From contig DASUPQ010000223.1 in NCBI GenBank assembly GCA_036280995.1, positions 1-42,825 of the forward strand: 42,825 bases of DNA. Direction: 5' to 3'. The DNA comes from Actinomycetota bacterium (GTDB lineage Bacteria; Actinomycetota; CALGFH01). The notes under the pieces were generated by a model. It was given only the letters and a program-made list of their open reading frames with translations. It ran no database searches and was not told the origin of the DNA. Below are positions 15,666 through 26,393 of this stretch, one piece after another. A program made the position numbers and the translations under genes. Positions within the stretch are counted from its first letter, which is position 1. Each line of letters starts with the position of its first letter.

Positions 15666-18600
15666 CTAGCCCCGGAGGCGGAGGCCGCGGGCGCTGGGGC
15701 GGAACCCGGCCTCGGTCAGGGCCCTGGCCAGGGGGGTGTCGAACACGGTGCCGCCGTCGGCCTTCTCGACGGCGAGGCGGCCGAGGGCGCCGTCGCGGAC
15801 GGCCAGGGCGAGGGCGTCGGCCGCCCTGGCCAGGCGGTCGGGGTGGTCGGTGAAGGTGAGCAGGGTGCGGCCGCCGCGCTCCACGTACAGGACCAGGTCG
15901 CCGTCGACCAGGATCACCACGGCACCCGCCTTGCGGCCTGGGCGGTGGCCGGGCCGCTCGCCCTCGGTGCCGGTGGCCGTCCGCTCCGGCCAGGGCAGGG
16001 CGGCGCCGTAGGGGTTGGCCGGGTCGGCGGCGGCCAGCACCTGGGTCAGGGGCGAGGCGGGCGGGTCGGTCAGGGCCCGCAGGCGGTCGACGGCCCCGGG
16101 GACGGCGAACTGGGCCCCGCCCAGCCCGTCCACGAAGTAGCCGCGCCGGCAGCGGCCGGCGTCCTCCATCGCCTTCAGCACGGGGTAGACCCCGGCGAAC
16201 CCGCCCGGGATGCGCTCGGCCACCACCGCCCCCCGGGTCAGCACCCCATGCCGGTCCAGGAGCTGCTCCGCCACCGCGTGCAGCCGACGGGTCGGGTCGG
16301 CCGCGGCGGGTCGGAACGGGGGGCTGTGGACAACCGGGGACCCGCTCTCCTCCGCTCGGCCACCCTCCCGAATCGGGGGCCCCGGCACCGGGGGCTGGGG
16401 CTCCAGCCCGACCGCCGAGGGCCCACCTCCCAGCGTGGCCGTCGGGGTGAGGCTCCAGCGACCCGCCGCGGCCGGGGGACCCGAACGGGCGGGTGCCGGA
16501 ACGCCGCGGCGGCCGTAACGGCGGCTGGGGGCGCGGCGGCGGGTGGTGGGGCGGGAACCGCCGGTGACGAGGGCGCGGAGAGGGGCCAGGGTGTCGTTGG
16601 TGACGTGGCCGGCCCAGACCAGCTCCCAGACGGCCAGGAGCAGCTCGCTGTCGTTGGGCGGGGCGACCGTGTCCGAGAGCTGGCGGAAGAACATCGCCCC
16701 GTGGGCGGCCAGGGCGTCGCGGACCTGGACGGCCAGGGGGGACAGCTCGACCGGGAGCGGTTCGGGCAGCAGCAGCGGGGCGGCCTCGGCCAGGTAGAGG
16801 CCGACCCAGCCGTCGTCGGAGCCGAGCGCCCCGGCACCGGCCCAGACGACCTCGCCGGAGGCGCAGAGCTGGTCGAGCAGGCCCGGGTGGTAGCCGGGGA
16901 GGCGGGCGGCCAGGACCTGGCGCTCCAGGGCCGAGGCGGGCACGGCCGCCCCCTGGAGCTGCTCGACCACCCGGAACAGGGCGTCCAGGTCGGCCGAGCG
17001 GGGCCCGGCCGGCCCCACTCCCTGCCAGGCCAGGAGGAACCGGGCCATGGCCTCGGTGGGGACGGGCTCGACCTCGCGGCGGAGGGCGGCCAGGGAGCGG
17101 CGCCGCAGCCGCCGCAGCACCTCGGCGTCCAGCCACTCGCGGCCCGACCCGCCGGGGCGGAACTCGCCCTGGACGACCCGGCCGGCCGCCTCCAGCCGGG
17201 CCAGGGTCTGCTCGACCACGGCCACGCCCAGCCCCAGCCGCCGGGCCGGGTCGCCGCCCAGGAACGGCCCGTGGGTGCGGGCGTAGCGGGCCAGCAGGTC
17301 GCCGACCGGGTCGGCCACCGGCTCCAGGAACGCCTGCGGCACCCCGACCGGCGGGGCCGCCCCCAGCCCGTCGCGCAGCCGGGCCACGTCCTCGATGGCC
17401 ACCCAGCGCTCCTGGCCGCCGACCCGCAGCCGCACCGCCCGCCGCGAGGCCTCCAGCTCGGCCAGCCACCCGGGGGCGGCGTCGGGGTCGGCGCTGCGGG
17501 CGGCCGCCTCCTGCACGGTCAGGTCGCCGAGCAGCCGCAGGGCGTCGTGCAGGCCGTCGGGGTCGCGGACCCTGCGCTCGGGGGTGAGCAGCTGCAGCTC
17601 CAGCTCCAGGTCGGCCAGGGCGGCCTGGTCGATCAGGTCGCGCAGCTCCTCGCGGCCCAGCAGCTCGGCCAGGACCGACCGGTCCAGCGACAGTGCCTGG
17701 GCCCGGCGCTCGGCCAGGGGGGCGTCGCCCTCGTACATGAAGGCGGCCACGTAGCCGAACTGGAGCGAGCTGGCGAACGGCGACGGGAACGGGGTGTCGA
17801 CCTCGACCACCCGGACCTCCCGGCTGGCCACCTGGGCCATCAGCTCCTTGAGGCCGGGCAGGTCGAACACGTCCTGGAGGCACTCGCGCATCGTCTCCAG
17901 CACCACCGGGAACGACCCGTACCTGGAGGCCACCTGGAGCAGGCCGGCGCTGCGCTGGCGCTGCTGCCACAGGGGGGTGCGCCGGTCGGGCCGGCGCCGG
18001 GGCAGGAGCAGGGCCCGGGCCGCGCACTCGCGGAAGCGGCTGGCGAACAGGGCCGACCCGCCGACCTCCCCCACCACCAGGTCCTCGATCTCGTCGGGGT
18101 CGAACAGGATCGACTCGGCGGCCGGGGCCTCGTCGACCTCGGGGAGCCGGACCACCACCCCGTCGTCGCTGTACATGGTCTGGACCTCGAGGCCGAGGCG
18201 CTCCCGGACGCGGGCCTCGATGGCCTGCGACCAGGGGGCGTGGACCTGGGCCCCGAACGGTGAGTGGACGCAGACCCGCCAGTCGCCCAGCTCGTCGCGG
18301 AAGCGCTCGACCACGATGGTGCGGTCGTCGGGCAGGACCCCGGTGGCCTCGCGCTGCTCGTCCAGGTAGGCGCCGAGGTTGCCGGCGGCGAAGTCGTCCA
18401 GGCCGGCCGCCCGCAGCCGCTCCAGCCGCGCCTCCGGCTTGAGCCCGGACAGCTCGCGCAGGAACGCGCCAAGGGCGCGGCCCAGCTCCACCGGGCGCCC
18501 GAGCATGTCGCCGTGCCAGAACGGCAGCTTGCCCGGCTGGCCGGGGGCCGGGGAGACCAGCACCCGGTCGTGGGTGATGTCCTCGATCCGCCAGGCCGAG

Positions 18601-20261
18601 GCGCCGAGGGTGAACACCTCCCCGACCCGGGACTCGTAGACCATCTCCTCGTCCAGCTCGCCGACCCGGGTGGCCCGCTCCCCGACCAGGAAGACGCCGA
18701 ACAGGCCCCGGTCGGGGATGGTGCCGCCGGAGGTGACGGCCAGGCGCTGGGCGCCGGGACGGCCGGCCAGCCGGCCCTCGACCCGGTCCCAGTTGAGCCG
18801 GGGCCGCAGCTCGGCGAACTCGTCCGAGGGGTACCGCCCCGACAGCATGTCGAGGACGCTGTCGAGGGCGCTGCGGGGCAGCTCGGCGAAGGGCGCGGCC
18901 CGGCGGACCAGGGCCTCGAGGTCGTCGACGGTCCAGTCGTCCATGGCCACCATGGCCACGACCTGCTGGGCGAGCACGTCCAGGGGGTTGCGGGGGTAGC
19001 GCATGGCCTCGATCGCCCCGGCCTGCATGCGCTCGACCACGACCGCGCTCTCGACCAGGTCGCCGCGGAACTTGGGGAAGACGATGCCGCGGCTGACCGC
19101 GCCCACCTGGTGACCGGCCCGGCCGATGCGCTGCAGGCCGGACGCGACCGAGCTGGGCGCCTCCACCTGGATGACCAGGTCGACGGCGCCCATGTCGATG
19201 CCCAGCTCCAGCGAGCTGGTCGCGACCACCGCGGGCAGCCGGCCGGCCTTGAGGTCCTCCTCGATCTCGGTGCGCTGCTCGCGGCTGACCGAGCCGTGGT
19301 GGGCCCGGGCCAGCTCGGTCCCGGCGAGCTCGTTGAGGTTGGCGCAGAGCCGCTCGGCCAGGCGGCGGGAGTTGGCGAACACGATCGTGGAGCGGTGGGC
19401 CCGGATCAGCTCGACCAGCCGCTCGTCGATGTGGGGCCAGATCGAGGAGCGGTCGGGCAGCCCGGAGGCCGACCCGCTCGCCGGGTCGTCGGACGCCTCG
19501 CCGATGGCCGCCATGTCCTCGACCGGGACCACCACCGACAGGTCGAACGCCTTCTCGCTGGGCGGGGCGACGACGGTGACCGGGCGGGAACCGCCGAGGA
19601 AGCGGGCCACCTCGTCCAGGGGCCGGACGGTGGCCGACAGGCCGATGCGGCGGGCCGGCCGCTCCAGCAGCTCGTCCAGGCGCTCCAGGCTGAGGGCCAG
19701 GTGGGCTCCGCGCTTGGTCGCGACCACCGAGTGGACTTCGTCCACGATCACCGTGTCGACGCCGGCCAGGGCCTCACGGGCCCTGGAGGTGAGCAGCAGG
19801 AACAACGACTCGGGGGTGGTGATGAGGATGTCGGGCGGGTGGGCCGGGAAGCGGCGGCGGGCCTCGGCCGGGGTGTCGCCGGTGCGCATCCCCACGGTGA
19901 TGTCGGGCAGCGGCTGGTCGAGCCGGGCCGCGGCCGCCCGCAGGCCGGCCAGGGGGGCCCGGAGGTTGCGCTCGATGTCGGCGGCAAGGGCCTTGAGCGG
20001 GGAGATGTAGAGGACCCGGAGGCGCTGGCGCTCGGGCACCGGCGGGGCGCCGGCGAGGCGGTCGATGGCCGACAGGAACGCGGCCAGGGTCTTGCCCGAC
20101 CCGGTCGGGGCGACCACCAGCACGTCCTGGTCCTGGGCGAGGGCGTCCCAGGCGCCCACCTGGGCCTGGGTGGGCGCGGCGAAAGCGCCCTCGAACCAGC
20201 CTCGGGTCAGGGCCGAGAAGCGCCCGAGCCCGGCGGGCGTTCGCGCTGCAGCCACCCGCAC
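15666..20261 (-). CDS. lhr: ATP-dependent helicase Lhr (large helicase-related protein)
   Basis: A 1531-aa ORF with Walker A (APTGSGKT), a DEVH box (IVDEVHSV), an Lhr-core WH/domain 4 region and a long C-terminal extension. The real start may be the GVG codon GTG at 20255, giving a leaderless transcript (see the promoter feature). Confidence 0.94.
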   Translation of the reverse strand: MRVAAARTPAGLGRFSALTRGWFEGAFAAPTQAQVGAWDALAQDQDVLVVAPTGSGKTLAAFLSAIDRLAGAPPVPERQRLRVLYISPLKALAADIERNLRAPLAGLRAAAARLDQPLPDITVGMRTGDTPAEARRRFPAHPPDILITTPESLFLLLTSRAREALAGVDTVIVDEVHSVVATKRGAHLALSLERLDELLERPARRIGLSATVRPLDEVARFLGGSRPVTVVAPPSEKAFDLSVVVPVEDMAAIGEASDDPASGSASGLPDRSSIWPHIDERLVELIRAHRSTIVFANSRRLAERLCANLNELAGTELARAHHGSVSREQRTEIEEDLKAGRLPAVVATSSLELGIDMGAVDLVIQVEAPSSVASGLQRIGRAGHQVGAVSRGIVFPKFRGDLVESAVVVERMQAGAIEAMRYPRNPLDVLAQQVVAMVAMDDWTVDDLEALVRRAAPFAELPRSALDSVLDMLSGRYPSDEFAELRPRLNWDRVEGRLAGRPGAQRLAVTSGGTIPDRGLFGVFLVGERATRVGELDEEMVYESRVGEVFTLGASAWRIEDITHDRVLVSPAPGQPGKLPFWHGDMLGRPVELGRALGAFLRELSGLKPEARLERLRAAGLDDFAAGNLGAYLDEQREATGVLPDDRTIVVERFRDELGDWRVCVHSPFGAQVHAPWSQAIEARVRERLGLEVQTMYSDDGVVVRLPEVDEAPAAESILFDPDEIEDLVVGEVGGSALFASRFRECAARALLLPRRRPDRRTPLWQQRQRSAGLLQVASRYGSFPVVLETMRECLQDVFDLPGLKELMAQVASREVRVVEVDTPFPSPFASSLQFGYVAAFMYEGDAPLAERRAQALSLDRSVLAELLGREELRDLIDQAALADLELELQLLTPERRVRDPDGLHDALRLLGDLTVQEAAARSADPDAAPGWLAELEASRRAVRLRVGGQERWVAIEDVARLRDGLGAAPPVGVPQAFLEPVADPVGDLLARYARTHGPFLGGDPARRLGLGVAVVEQTLARLEAAGRVVQGEFRPGGSGREWLDAEVLRRLRRRSLAALRREVEPVPTEAMARFLLAWQGVGPAGPRSADLDALFRVVEQLQGAAVPASALERQVLAARLPGYHPGLLDQLCASGEVVWAGAGALGSDDGWVGLYLAEAAPLLLPEPLPVELSPLAVQVRDALAAHGAMFFRQLSDTVAPPNDSELLLAVWELVWAGHVTNDTLAPLRALVTGGSRPTTRRRAPSRRYGRRGVPAPARSGPPAAAGRWSLTPTATLGGGPSAVGLEPQPPVPGPPIREGGRAEESGSPVVHSPPFRPAAADPTRRLHAVAEQLLDRHGVLTRGAVVAERIPGGFAGVYPVLKAMEDAGRCRRGYFVDGLGGAQFAVPGAVDRLRALTDPPASPLTQVLAAADPANPYGAALPWPERTATGTEGERPGHRPGRKAGAVVILVDGDLVLYVERGGRTLLTFTDHPDRLARAADALALAVRDGALGRLAVEKADGGTVFDTPLARALTEAGFRPSARGLRLRG
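16330..16405. repeat. Intragenic, in-frame copy of the rimO-upstream repeat element
   Basis: An exact 16-mer, GGGGCTGTGGACAACC (16330-16345), is shared with 4028-4043. Collinear similarity follows: CGCTC..CCGCTCG..CTCCC, then CGGGGGCCCCGGCACCGGGGGC at 16384-16405 against GGGGACCCGGCACCGGCGGGC at 4084-4104. Confidence 0.75.
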
Positions 20262-20284
20262 ATGCTAGTGCCAGCCCCCGACAA
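20262..20284 (-). promoter_or_regulatory. RecA-NDp (PafBC-type) promoter of lhr-nei, probably leaderless
   Basis: The minus strand reads TTGTCGGGG-GCTGGCAC-TAGCAT, a full match to TTGTCRnnn-N8-TAnnnT. The -10 abuts GTG 20261, and a second in-frame GTG (20255) lies 6 nt downstream of the -10. Confidence 0.55.
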
Positions 20285-20339
20285 CCTGCCGGTGGCAAAC
20301 TGGGGTCGACGAGCGTCTCGGTGCCGAGGAAGGTGCGCG

Positions 20340-23300
20340 ATGGGTTGGATCGAACGGCCGGAGTTCGGTGCCAACGTCGGGTTGATCGACGAGATCTACC
20401 GGCAGTACCTGGACGACCCGGAGTCGGTGAGCCCGGCCTGGCAAGACTTCTTCACCGAGAACGAGCCCGAGGGCTACGAGGACCCGGGGGCGGCCGAGGA
20501 GACCGCCGAAGGCCGGGTCGAGGCCGAGGGCGGCGAGCCGGTGCGGGAAGCGCCGGCCCAGGCTGTGGACGGCCGCGAGCAGCCACGTTCCGGGTCGGCG
20601 CAGGCTGCCCCGGCGACCAAGCCCAAGGCCGCGGCCAAGCCCAAGCCCGAGGCCGGGCCGGCCCCCAAGGCCGAGGAGAGGCCCAAGGACGGGAAGCCCA
20701 AGGCCGAACCCGCCGAGAAGACCGAGGACGGCAAGCCGGAGCTCGTGCCCCTGCGGGGGGCGGCGGCCCGGATCGTGGAGGCGATGGAGGCCAGCCGGGA
20801 GGTGCCGACCGCGACCTCGGTGCGGACGGTGCCGGCGCGGCTGCTGGAGGTCAACCGCAGCGTCCTCAACGGGCACCTGCGCCGGCGCCAGGGCGGCAAG
20901 GTCAGCTTCACCCACATGATCGCCTACGCCGTGGTCAAGGCCCTGGAGGCCGTCCCGGTCATGACCACCATGTACCGGGAGGTCGACGGCAAGCCCAACG
21001 CGGCCCGGCCGGCCCACGTCAACCTCGGCCTGGCCGTCGACACCCGCCGCCCCGACGGGTCGCGGACCCTGCTGGTGCCCAACATCAAGCAGGCCGACAC
21101 CCTCGACTTCGCCGCCTTCGTCCGCGCCTACGAGGAGATCATCGCCAAGGTCAAGGCGAACAAGCTGACCGTGCAGGACTTCGCCGACACCACCCTGACC
21201 ATCACCAACCCGGGCACGATCGGCACCGTGCTGTCGGTCCCCCGCCTGATGGCCGGCCAGTCGGCCATCATCGGCGTCGGCGCCATCGCCTACCCGGCCG
21301 AGTACCAGGGCGCCGACCCCGACACCCTGGCCGGCATGGGCATCGGCAAGGTCGTCACCCTCACCTCCACCTACGACCACCGGGTCATCCAGGGGGCCGA
21401 GAGCGGCGAGTTCCTGGCCCGGCTGCACCGGCTGCTGCTGGGTGAGGACGACTTCTACGCCGAGCTGTTCCGGGCCATGACCGTCCCGTACGTGCCCGTC
21501 CAGTGGCACAAGGACGAGAAGCCGAGCGAGGACTCCCTCGACAGCGTGGAGAAGCAGGCCCGGGTGCTGCAGCTGATCAACCTGTACCGGGTCAGGGGCC
21601 ACCTGATCGCCAACCTGGACCCGCTCAAGGCCAAGCCGCCGATAATGCACCCCGAGCTCGACCCGTCCAGCTACGGGTTCACCATCTGGGACCTGGAGCG
21701 CCGCTTCGTCACCGGCGGGCTGGCCGGCCAGCGCGAGCTGCCCCTTGGCGAGATCCTGCACATCCTGCGCGACGCCTACTGCCGCACCGGCACCGTCGAG
21801 TACATGCACAACGCCCAGACCGACGAGAAGCACTGGATCCAGGAGCACGTGGAAGGCGTCCCCCTGGAGCTGTCCAAGGACGACCAGCTCCAGATCCTGC
21901 ACAAGCTGAGCGAGGCCGAGGCGTTCGAGCGCTTCCTGCACAACAAGTACACCGGCCACAAGCGCTTCAGCCTGGAGGGGGGCGAGAGCCTCATCCCCAT
22001 GCTGGACGCCGTCCTGGACGAGGCGGCCGACGCCGGCATGGAGGGCGCGGTCATCGGCATGAGCCACCGCGGCCGCCTCAACGTGCTCGCCAACACCGTG
22101 GGCAAGAGCTACGGGGAGATCTTCGGCGAGTTCGAGGGCAACCTCGACCCGACCCTCACCCAGGGCTCGGGCGACGTGAAGTACCACCTGGGCGCCGTCG
22201 GCAAGCACGTGGCCCGCTCCGGCAGGGAGGTGCGGGTCGAGGTCGCCTCCAACCCCAGCCACCTGGAGGCGGTCAACCCGGTGGTCGAGGGCATCGCCCG
22301 GGCCAAGCAGGACCTGCTCGACCGGGGCGAGGAGGCCCCGGTGCTGCCGATCCTGATCCACGGCGACGCCGCCTTCGCCGGCCAGGGGGTGGTGGCCGAG
22401 ACCCTCAACCTGTCCCAGCTGCGCGGCTACCGCACCGGCGGCACCGTCCACATCGTCGTCAACAACCAGGTCGGGTTCACCACCAGCCCCGACTACGGCC
22501 GCTCCTCCACCTACGCCACCGACGTGGCCAAGATGATCCAGGCCCCCATCTTCCACGTGAACGGCGACGACCCCGAGGCATGCGTGCGCGTGGCCCGCCT
22601 CGCCTTCGAGTTCCGCCAGGCGTTCAAGAAGGACGTCGTCATCGACATGTGGTGCTACCGGCGCTACGGCCACAACGAGGCCGACGAGCCGTCGTTCACC
22701 CAGCCGCTGATGTACGAGCGGATCAAGAGCCGCCGGCCGGTGCGCAAGCTCTACACCGAGGCCCTGGTCAACCGGGGCGACCTGTCGATCGAGGACGCCG
22801 AGCGGTCGCTGGAGGAGTTCCGCCAGCGCCTCCAGCAGGCCTTCGACGACACCCACGAGGAGGAGGAGGGCAAGGTCGCCAAGGTCGAGCTGGAGCGGCC
22901 GGCCCCGATGGCCGCCGACCCGGCGGTGGACACGACCGTCGACCGCGCCACCCTCGACCAGCTCCTGGTCAAGCTGACCACGGTTCCCGACGGCTTCAAC
23001 GTCCACCCCAAGCTGACCAGGTGGCTGCAGCAGCGGGCCGGGGCGCTGGAACGCAACGCCGTCGACTGGGCCCTTGGCGAGGCCCTGGCCTTCGGGTCGC
23101 TGCTCGAGGAGGGCCGCACCATCCGGCTGTCCGGGCAGGACACCCGCCGGGGCACCTTCAGCCAGCGTCACTCGGTCCTGGTCGACCAGCAGACCGGCGA
23201 CCTCTACACGCCCCTGGCCAACCTGGGCGAGGGCCAGGGCAAGTTCTTCGTCTACGACAGCCTGCTCAGCGAGTTCGCGGCCATGGGCTTCGAGTACGGC

Positions 23301-24089
23301 TACTCGGTGGCCAACCCCGACGCGCTGGTGCTGTGGGAGGCCCAGTTCGGCGACTTCGTCAACGGCGCCCAGGTCATCGTCGACCAGTTCATCTCGGCCG
23401 CCGAGGACAAGTGGGGCCAGCGCTCCAGCCTGGTCCTGCTCCTCCCCCACGGCTTCGAGGGCCAGGGGCCGGAGCACTCCAGCGCCCGCCTGGAGCGGTT
23501 CCTCGACCTCGCCGCCGAAGACAACATGCAGGTCGCCTACCCCTCGACCCCGGCCCAGTACTTCCACCTGCTGCGCCGCCAGGCCCTGCGGGCCAACCGC
23601 AAGCCGCTGGTGGTGATGACCCCCAAGTCGCTGCTGCGGCTGCCGGCGGCCCGCTCCACGGCCGAGCAGCTCACCACCGGCCAGTTCCACGAGGTCCTGC
23701 CCGACCCCGCCGAGCCGTCGCCCGACAAGGTCACCCGGGTGCTGCTCTGCGCCGGCAAGGTCTTCTACGAGCTGGCCAAGCGGCGAGCCGACGAGGACCT
23801 CGACCAGCTGGCCATCCTCCGGGTGGAGCAGCTGTACCCGTTCCCGGCCGAGGCGCTCCGGGCCCAGCTCGACGCCTACCCCGGCGCCGAGGTCGTGGCC
23901 TGGGTCCAGGAGGAGCCGGAGAACATGGGCGCCTCGCGCTACCTCCGCCTCAAGGCCGAGCAGGAGCTTGGCCTGCGGCTGGAGCCGGTCTCCCGCGACG
24001 AGGGCGCGGCCCCGGCCGCCGGCAGCCCCACCCTCCACCAGCAGGAGCAGCGGGAGCTACTCGATCGCGCGTTCGCCGGGTTAAGGTAG
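20340..24089 (+). CDS. kgd: Multifunctional 2-oxoglutarate dehydrogenase E1 / decarboxylase with a fused E2-like acyltransferase domain (Kgd/OdhA type)
   Basis: A 1249-aa ORF, the C-terminal part of the long ORF 18264..24089. It starts MGWIERPEFGANVGLIDEIYRQYLDDPESVSPAWQDFF and has a K/P/A/E-rich linker. The E2 catalytic motif is YDHRVIQGAESGEFL, followed by the ThDP-dependent E1 body. A GAGGAAGG SD precedes the start. Confidence 0.94.
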   Translation: MGWIERPEFGANVGLIDEIYRQYLDDPESVSPAWQDFFTENEPEGYEDPGAAEETAEGRVEAEGGEPVREAPAQAVDGREQPRSGSAQAAPATKPKAAAKPKPEAGPAPKAEERPKDGKPKAEPAEKTEDGKPELVPLRGAAARIVEAMEASREVPTATSVRTVPARLLEVNRSVLNGHLRRRQGGKVSFTHMIAYAVVKALEAVPVMTTMYREVDGKPNAARPAHVNLGLAVDTRRPDGSRTLLVPNIKQADTLDFAAFVRAYEEIIAKVKANKLTVQDFADTTLTITNPGTIGTVLSVPRLMAGQSAIIGVGAIAYPAEYQGADPDTLAGMGIGKVVTLTSTYDHRVIQGAESGEFLARLHRLLLGEDDFYAELFRAMTVPYVPVQWHKDEKPSEDSLDSVEKQARVLQLINLYRVRGHLIANLDPLKAKPPIMHPELDPSSYGFTIWDLERRFVTGGLAGQRELPLGEILHILRDAYCRTGTVEYMHNAQTDEKHWIQEHVEGVPLELSKDDQLQILHKLSEAEAFERFLHNKYTGHKRFSLEGGESLIPMLDAVLDEAADAGMEGAVIGMSHRGRLNVLANTVGKSYGEIFGEFEGNLDPTLTQGSGDVKYHLGAVGKHVARSGREVRVEVASNPSHLEAVNPVVEGIARAKQDLLDRGEEAPVLPILIHGDAAFAGQGVVAETLNLSQLRGYRTGGTVHIVVNNQVGFTTSPDYGRSSTYATDVAKMIQAPIFHVNGDDPEACVRVARLAFEFRQAFKKDVVIDMWCYRRYGHNEADEPSFTQPLMYERIKSRRPVRKLYTEALVNRGDLSIEDAERSLEEFRQRLQQAFDDTHEEEEGKVAKVELERPAPMAADPAVDTTVDRATLDQLLVKLTTVPDGFNVHPKLTRWLQQRAGALERNAVDWALGEALAFGSLLEEGRTIRLSGQDTRRGTFSQRHSVLVDQQTGDLYTPLANLGEGQGKFFVYDSLLSEFAAMGFEYGYSVANPDALVLWEAQFGDFVNGAQVIVDQFISAAEDKWGQRSSLVLLLPHGFEGQGPEHSSARLERFLDLAAEDNMQVAYPSTPAQYFHLLRRQALRANRKPLVVMTPKSLLRLPAARSTAEQLTTGQFHEVLPDPAEPSPDKVTRVLLCAGKVFYELAKRRADEDLDQLAILRVEQLYPFPAEALRAQLDAYPGAEVVAWVQEEPENMGASRYLRLKAEQELGLRLEPVSRDEGAAPAAGSPTLHQQEQRELLDRAFAGLR

Positions 24090-24124
24090 CGCCAACCCTG
24101 AACCGCGACCGAGGAGGTGCCGCC

Positions 24125-24496
24125 ATGAAGGTGCGGGACGTGGCGAGCAGCGCGGTGGTGGCGGTGGGCCCGGCCCAGTCGCTCCGGGAGGCGACCCAGC
24201 TGATGGCCAAGCACCGGGTGGGGTCGGCCGTGGTCCAGGACGCCGAGATGCTGATCGGCATCCTCACCGAACGGGACGTGCTCAACGCGGTCGCGCACGC
24301 CGACGACCCCGAGGCCGTCAGCGTGGAGCAGATCATGACCGCCGACGTGGTCACCGTCGGGCCCGACTGGGACCTGATCGAGGCGGCCAAGGTGATGGCC
24401 AGCCGACGCATCCGCCACCTGGTGGTCTACGAGGGCGGCCAGCTCCTCGGGGTGCTGAGCGTCCGCGACGTCCTCCCGGCGGTCCTGCCGGAGTAG
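24125..24496 (+). CDS. CBS-pair domain protein
   Basis: A 123-aa ORF with two CBS repeats (VGSAVVQDAEMLIGILTERDVL and IRHLVVYEGGQLLGVLSVRDVL). Confidence 0.85.
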   Translation: MKVRDVASSAVVAVGPAQSLREATQLMAKHRVGSAVVQDAEMLIGILTERDVLNAVAHADDPEAVSVEQIMTADVVTVGPDWDLIEAAKVMASRRIRHLVVYEGGQLLGVLSVRDVLPAVLPE

Positions 24497-24503
24497 CCGG
24501 CGG

Positions 24504-25748
24504 GTGGCCGCGGGGGCCCCGGCCGGCGGCGGGCGGGTGCTCGGCGACCTGGCGCTGGCCGACCATCATTGCGCCGGCCTGCTCGCCGGCTGGGCCCGGG
24601 TCGGCGGCGGCCAGTGGCCGGCCTGGCGGGCCAGCTTCACCGGGGCGGCGCGGCCGGCCAGCCAGGCCAGGGACGTGCCCGGCCTGCTCGCCTACCGCCA
24701 CTTCCTGACCGCCCTGGCCGGCCTGCTGGAGGTGTCCGGCGAGGACGGCCCCCAGTCCGGCGAGGGGCTGGGCGTGAGCCCCCCCGACCCCCGGGCCGGG
24801 GAGGAGCTGGAGCGCCAGGTGGCGGCCAGGCGCGACGAGCTGGTCGCGGCCGACCCCGGCGCCTACCTGCGGCGGCTGCTCGACCACGCCGGCACCGCGG
24901 CCCTGCTGGTCGACACCGGGGCCGGCGGCGACCGGCTGCTCGAGGTGGCCGAGCTGGAGGAGGCCGCCGACCGGCCCGTCCACCAGATCGTCCGGCTGGA
25001 GCGGCTGGCCGAGGAGCTGCTCGGCCAGGGCGCGCCAACGGCCAGGTCGCTGGCCCGGTTCCTTGCCGGGTTCGAGGAGCGGGTCGGCACGGCCATGGAG
25101 CGGGGGGTGGTGGCGCTCAAGTCGATCGCCGCCCACCGGGGCGGGCTGTGGCTGTTCACCGAGTCCACCCAGGCCGACCGCCGCCGGGCCTTCGCCAACC
25201 TCGACAAGGCGGCCCAGGCGGCCCGCTTCGACGACGCGGTCCTGCTGCCGTTCCTGGTCCGGCGGGCCGCCGAGCTGGCCGCGACCCGCCAGGTTCCGCT
25301 CCAGTTCCACACCGGCGTGGGCGATGAGGACGTGTACCCGCCCCACGCCGACCCGGCCCTGCTCTGGCCGATGCTGCGCGACTCCCGCACCGAGGACTGC
25401 CCGGTGGTGCTGCTCGGCTGCTACCCGTTCGTCGGCGCCGCCGCCCACCTGGCCGGCACCTACCCGCAGGTCCACATGGACCTGTCGCCGGCCGTCGGCC
25501 TGGCCGAGCCGATCGCGGCCCGGCTGGTCTCGGAGGCGCTCGGCCTCTGCCCGCCCGGCAAGCTGCTGGCCGGCTCGGGCGGCCGCGCCTACCCGGAGTC
25601 GCACTGGTGGGGGGCGACCGTCTGGCGCCAAGCCCTGGCCCGGGTGCTGCGGGCCGAGGTCGCCTCGGGCGGCCTCGACGACGCCGCCGCCCGGGACACG
25701 GCCCGGCGCGTCCTGGCCACCAACGCCACCCGGCTGTACCGGCTCTGA
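24504..25748 (+). CDS. Amidohydrolase-superfamily (TIM-barrel metal-dependent hydrolase) protein; function unknown
   Basis: A 414-aa ORF with an N-terminal LADHHC motif and a later QFHTGVGDED, both typical of the amidohydrolase_2-like family. The start is uncertain; GTG 24537 is also possible. Confidence 0.55.
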   Translation: MAAGAPAGGGRVLGDLALADHHCAGLLAGWARVGGGQWPAWRASFTGAARPASQARDVPGLLAYRHFLTALAGLLEVSGEDGPQSGEGLGVSPPDPRAGEELERQVAARRDELVAADPGAYLRRLLDHAGTAALLVDTGAGGDRLLEVAELEEAADRPVHQIVRLERLAEELLGQGAPTARSLARFLAGFEERVGTAMERGVVALKSIAAHRGGLWLFTESTQADRRRAFANLDKAAQAARFDDAVLLPFLVRRAAELAATRQVPLQFHTGVGDEDVYPPHADPALLWPMLRDSRTEDCPVVLLGCYPFVGAAAHLAGTYPQVHMDLSPAVGLAEPIAARLVSEALGLCPPGKLLAGSGGRAYPESHWWGATVWRQALARVLRAEVASGGLDDAAARDTARRVLATNATRLYRL

Positions 25749-25753
25749 GGGGC

Positions 25754-26335
25754 CTAGGCGGGGGCGAACCGCAGCAGGCGCCAGCTGCCGTTGCGCTGGA
25801 CCAGGGTGCAGCGGCAGAGGGCGGCGGTGGCCTTGGTCGCCCGGACCTGGCGGCCCGAGCCGGTGACCAGGCGGGCCGGGGAGCGGCCGAGGCGGGCGAC
25901 CACCACCCAGGTGCCGTTGCCGGGCCGGTAGGCGTCGAAGACCTTGACCGGCATGCGCAGGCCGTCCAGGCGGCGGCCGGCGTCACGCAGCCGCGCGATC
26001 TCGGCCCGGTCCCTGGCCAGGCCGGGAGCGCCGGGCGCGTAGACCGACTCGAGCAGGCGTGGGTCGCGCTCGCGCAGGGCGATCTCGCGCAGCAGCATCA
26101 GTTCCCGGAAGCGGGAGACGACCCGGTCCTTGACGACCAGGGTGGCCGACGCGGAGGCGGGGGAGGCGGCCTCCGGGTCGGCGCCGGGGTCGGGCACCGG
26201 GGCCGCCTGCCGGGTCGCGAGCACGCCGAGGGCGCCGGCGGCGAACAGGCTCACCAGGACGATGGCGACGAAGGCCAGGCCGACGGCGCCTTCGGCGCTC
26301 GGCTGGGAGGGCGACGGACCGGGCTCGGTCTGCAT
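25754..26335 (-). CDS. Hypothetical membrane-anchored protein
   Basis: A 193-aa ORF with one N-terminal TM helix (VGLAFVAIVLVSLFAAGALGVLA), a Pro/Ala linker and a globular C-terminal domain of about 120 aa. No motif recognised. Confidence 0.5.
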   Translation of the reverse strand: MQTEPGPSPSQPSAEGAVGLAFVAIVLVSLFAAGALGVLATRQAAPVPDPGADPEAASPASASATLVVKDRVVSRFRELMLLREIALRERDPRLLESVYAPGAPGLARDRAEIARLRDAGRRLDGLRMPVKVFDAYRPGNGTWVVVARLGRSPARLVTGSGRQVRATKATAALCRCTLVQRNGSWRLLRFAPA

Positions 26336-26364
26336 AAAAGGAAAAAATGCGCAGGGACCAAAGC

Positions 26365-26393
26365 ATGCTACGACGCGGGCAAACCCCTGACAA
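26365..26393 (-). promoter_or_regulatory. Candidate housekeeping-sigma promoter for the membrane-protein gene
   Basis: The minus strand reads TTGTCA-N17-TAGCAT. It is followed by a U-rich leader of about 29 nt (GCUUUGGUCCCUGCGCAUUUUUUCCUUUU) with no SD before the ATG. Confidence 0.4.
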
